Assembly: GCA_002633005.1 (NCBI GenBank)
Contig: NMRA01000593.1
Location: forward strand, 185,348 to 249,347
Length of the DNA stretch: 64,000 nt
DNA from: Phoronis australis
Taxonomy: Eukaryota > Animalia > Phoronida
Direction of reading: 5' to 3'
The notes beneath the pieces are model-generated. The model did no database searches. It had not been told where the DNA came from and was given only the letters and a program-made list of their open reading frames with translations. Within the stretch, counting starts at the first letter, position 1. Each line of letters begins with the position of its first letter. The position numbers and the translations under genes were made by a program. Positions 63,634 through 64,000 of this stretch are shown one piece after another.

Positions 63634-64000
63634 TACCTTTCTTTCAAGCTAAATTTTACTAAAATGACAGGACCACATGTCCAATTAATGCCATATTGGT
63701 ATGAAGACAAAATCAAACACTGCAGGATTATTTCGTTCAGAAAATATATCTTTTTACCAAGTTACGTGTTGCAAGTTTTATAAATATTTTGTTCAATACA
63801 CAGACATGTTGCTAAGGTTGCAAATAACTTTAAAAAGCAAATAAAGGCAAAATACCAATGGCCTGAGTAAAAATATACAAGGGACATTCACATAACTCGC
63901 CGCATCATATATATTTCTTTATAACAGTTCGTTCTGGTAGTCAGACTCATTTCGAAACCTCTGCCCCACTACAGTATTAATTTCAACCAGAGTCTCATAT

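Overview
AT-rich, intron-rich animal genomic DNA from a draft assembly (single Ns at 18536, 23604, 42402; gap 58675-59014). The NR1J/HR96-type receptor suggests a protostome invertebrate (inference). Four spliced genes were rebuilt by hand from GT-AG junctions and phase matching: (1) the 3' part of FAHD1 (+); (2) an 11-exon, ~911-aa minus-strand gene joining a CUE/UBA-like N-terminus and an RNF216-like RING1-IBR module directly to a mono-ADP-ribosyltransferase (H-Y-I PARP) domain, with no RING2/Rcat and a ~185-aa insertion inside the PARP fold; (3) complete 15-exon CFAP58 (+), head-to-head with gene 2 and preceded by an X-box-like site; (4) an NR1J/HR96-type nuclear receptor (-) with a probable 15.5-kb intron. 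Non-coding DNA holds many transposon relics: a 3.4-kb Academ-like TIR element with octamer-rich subterminal arrays, a Tc2/pogo-like element carrying a HIRAN-like pseudogene (2 copies), a hAT-like MITE with a 6-bp TSD, an L2-group LINE 3' end, foldback MITEs, an alternating-orientation palindromic array, and two elements with a tRNA-like Pol III unit wrapped in nested inverted repeats. The top candidate for novelty is the RING1-IBR-PARP fusion. All family assignments come from motif recognition, not database searches.
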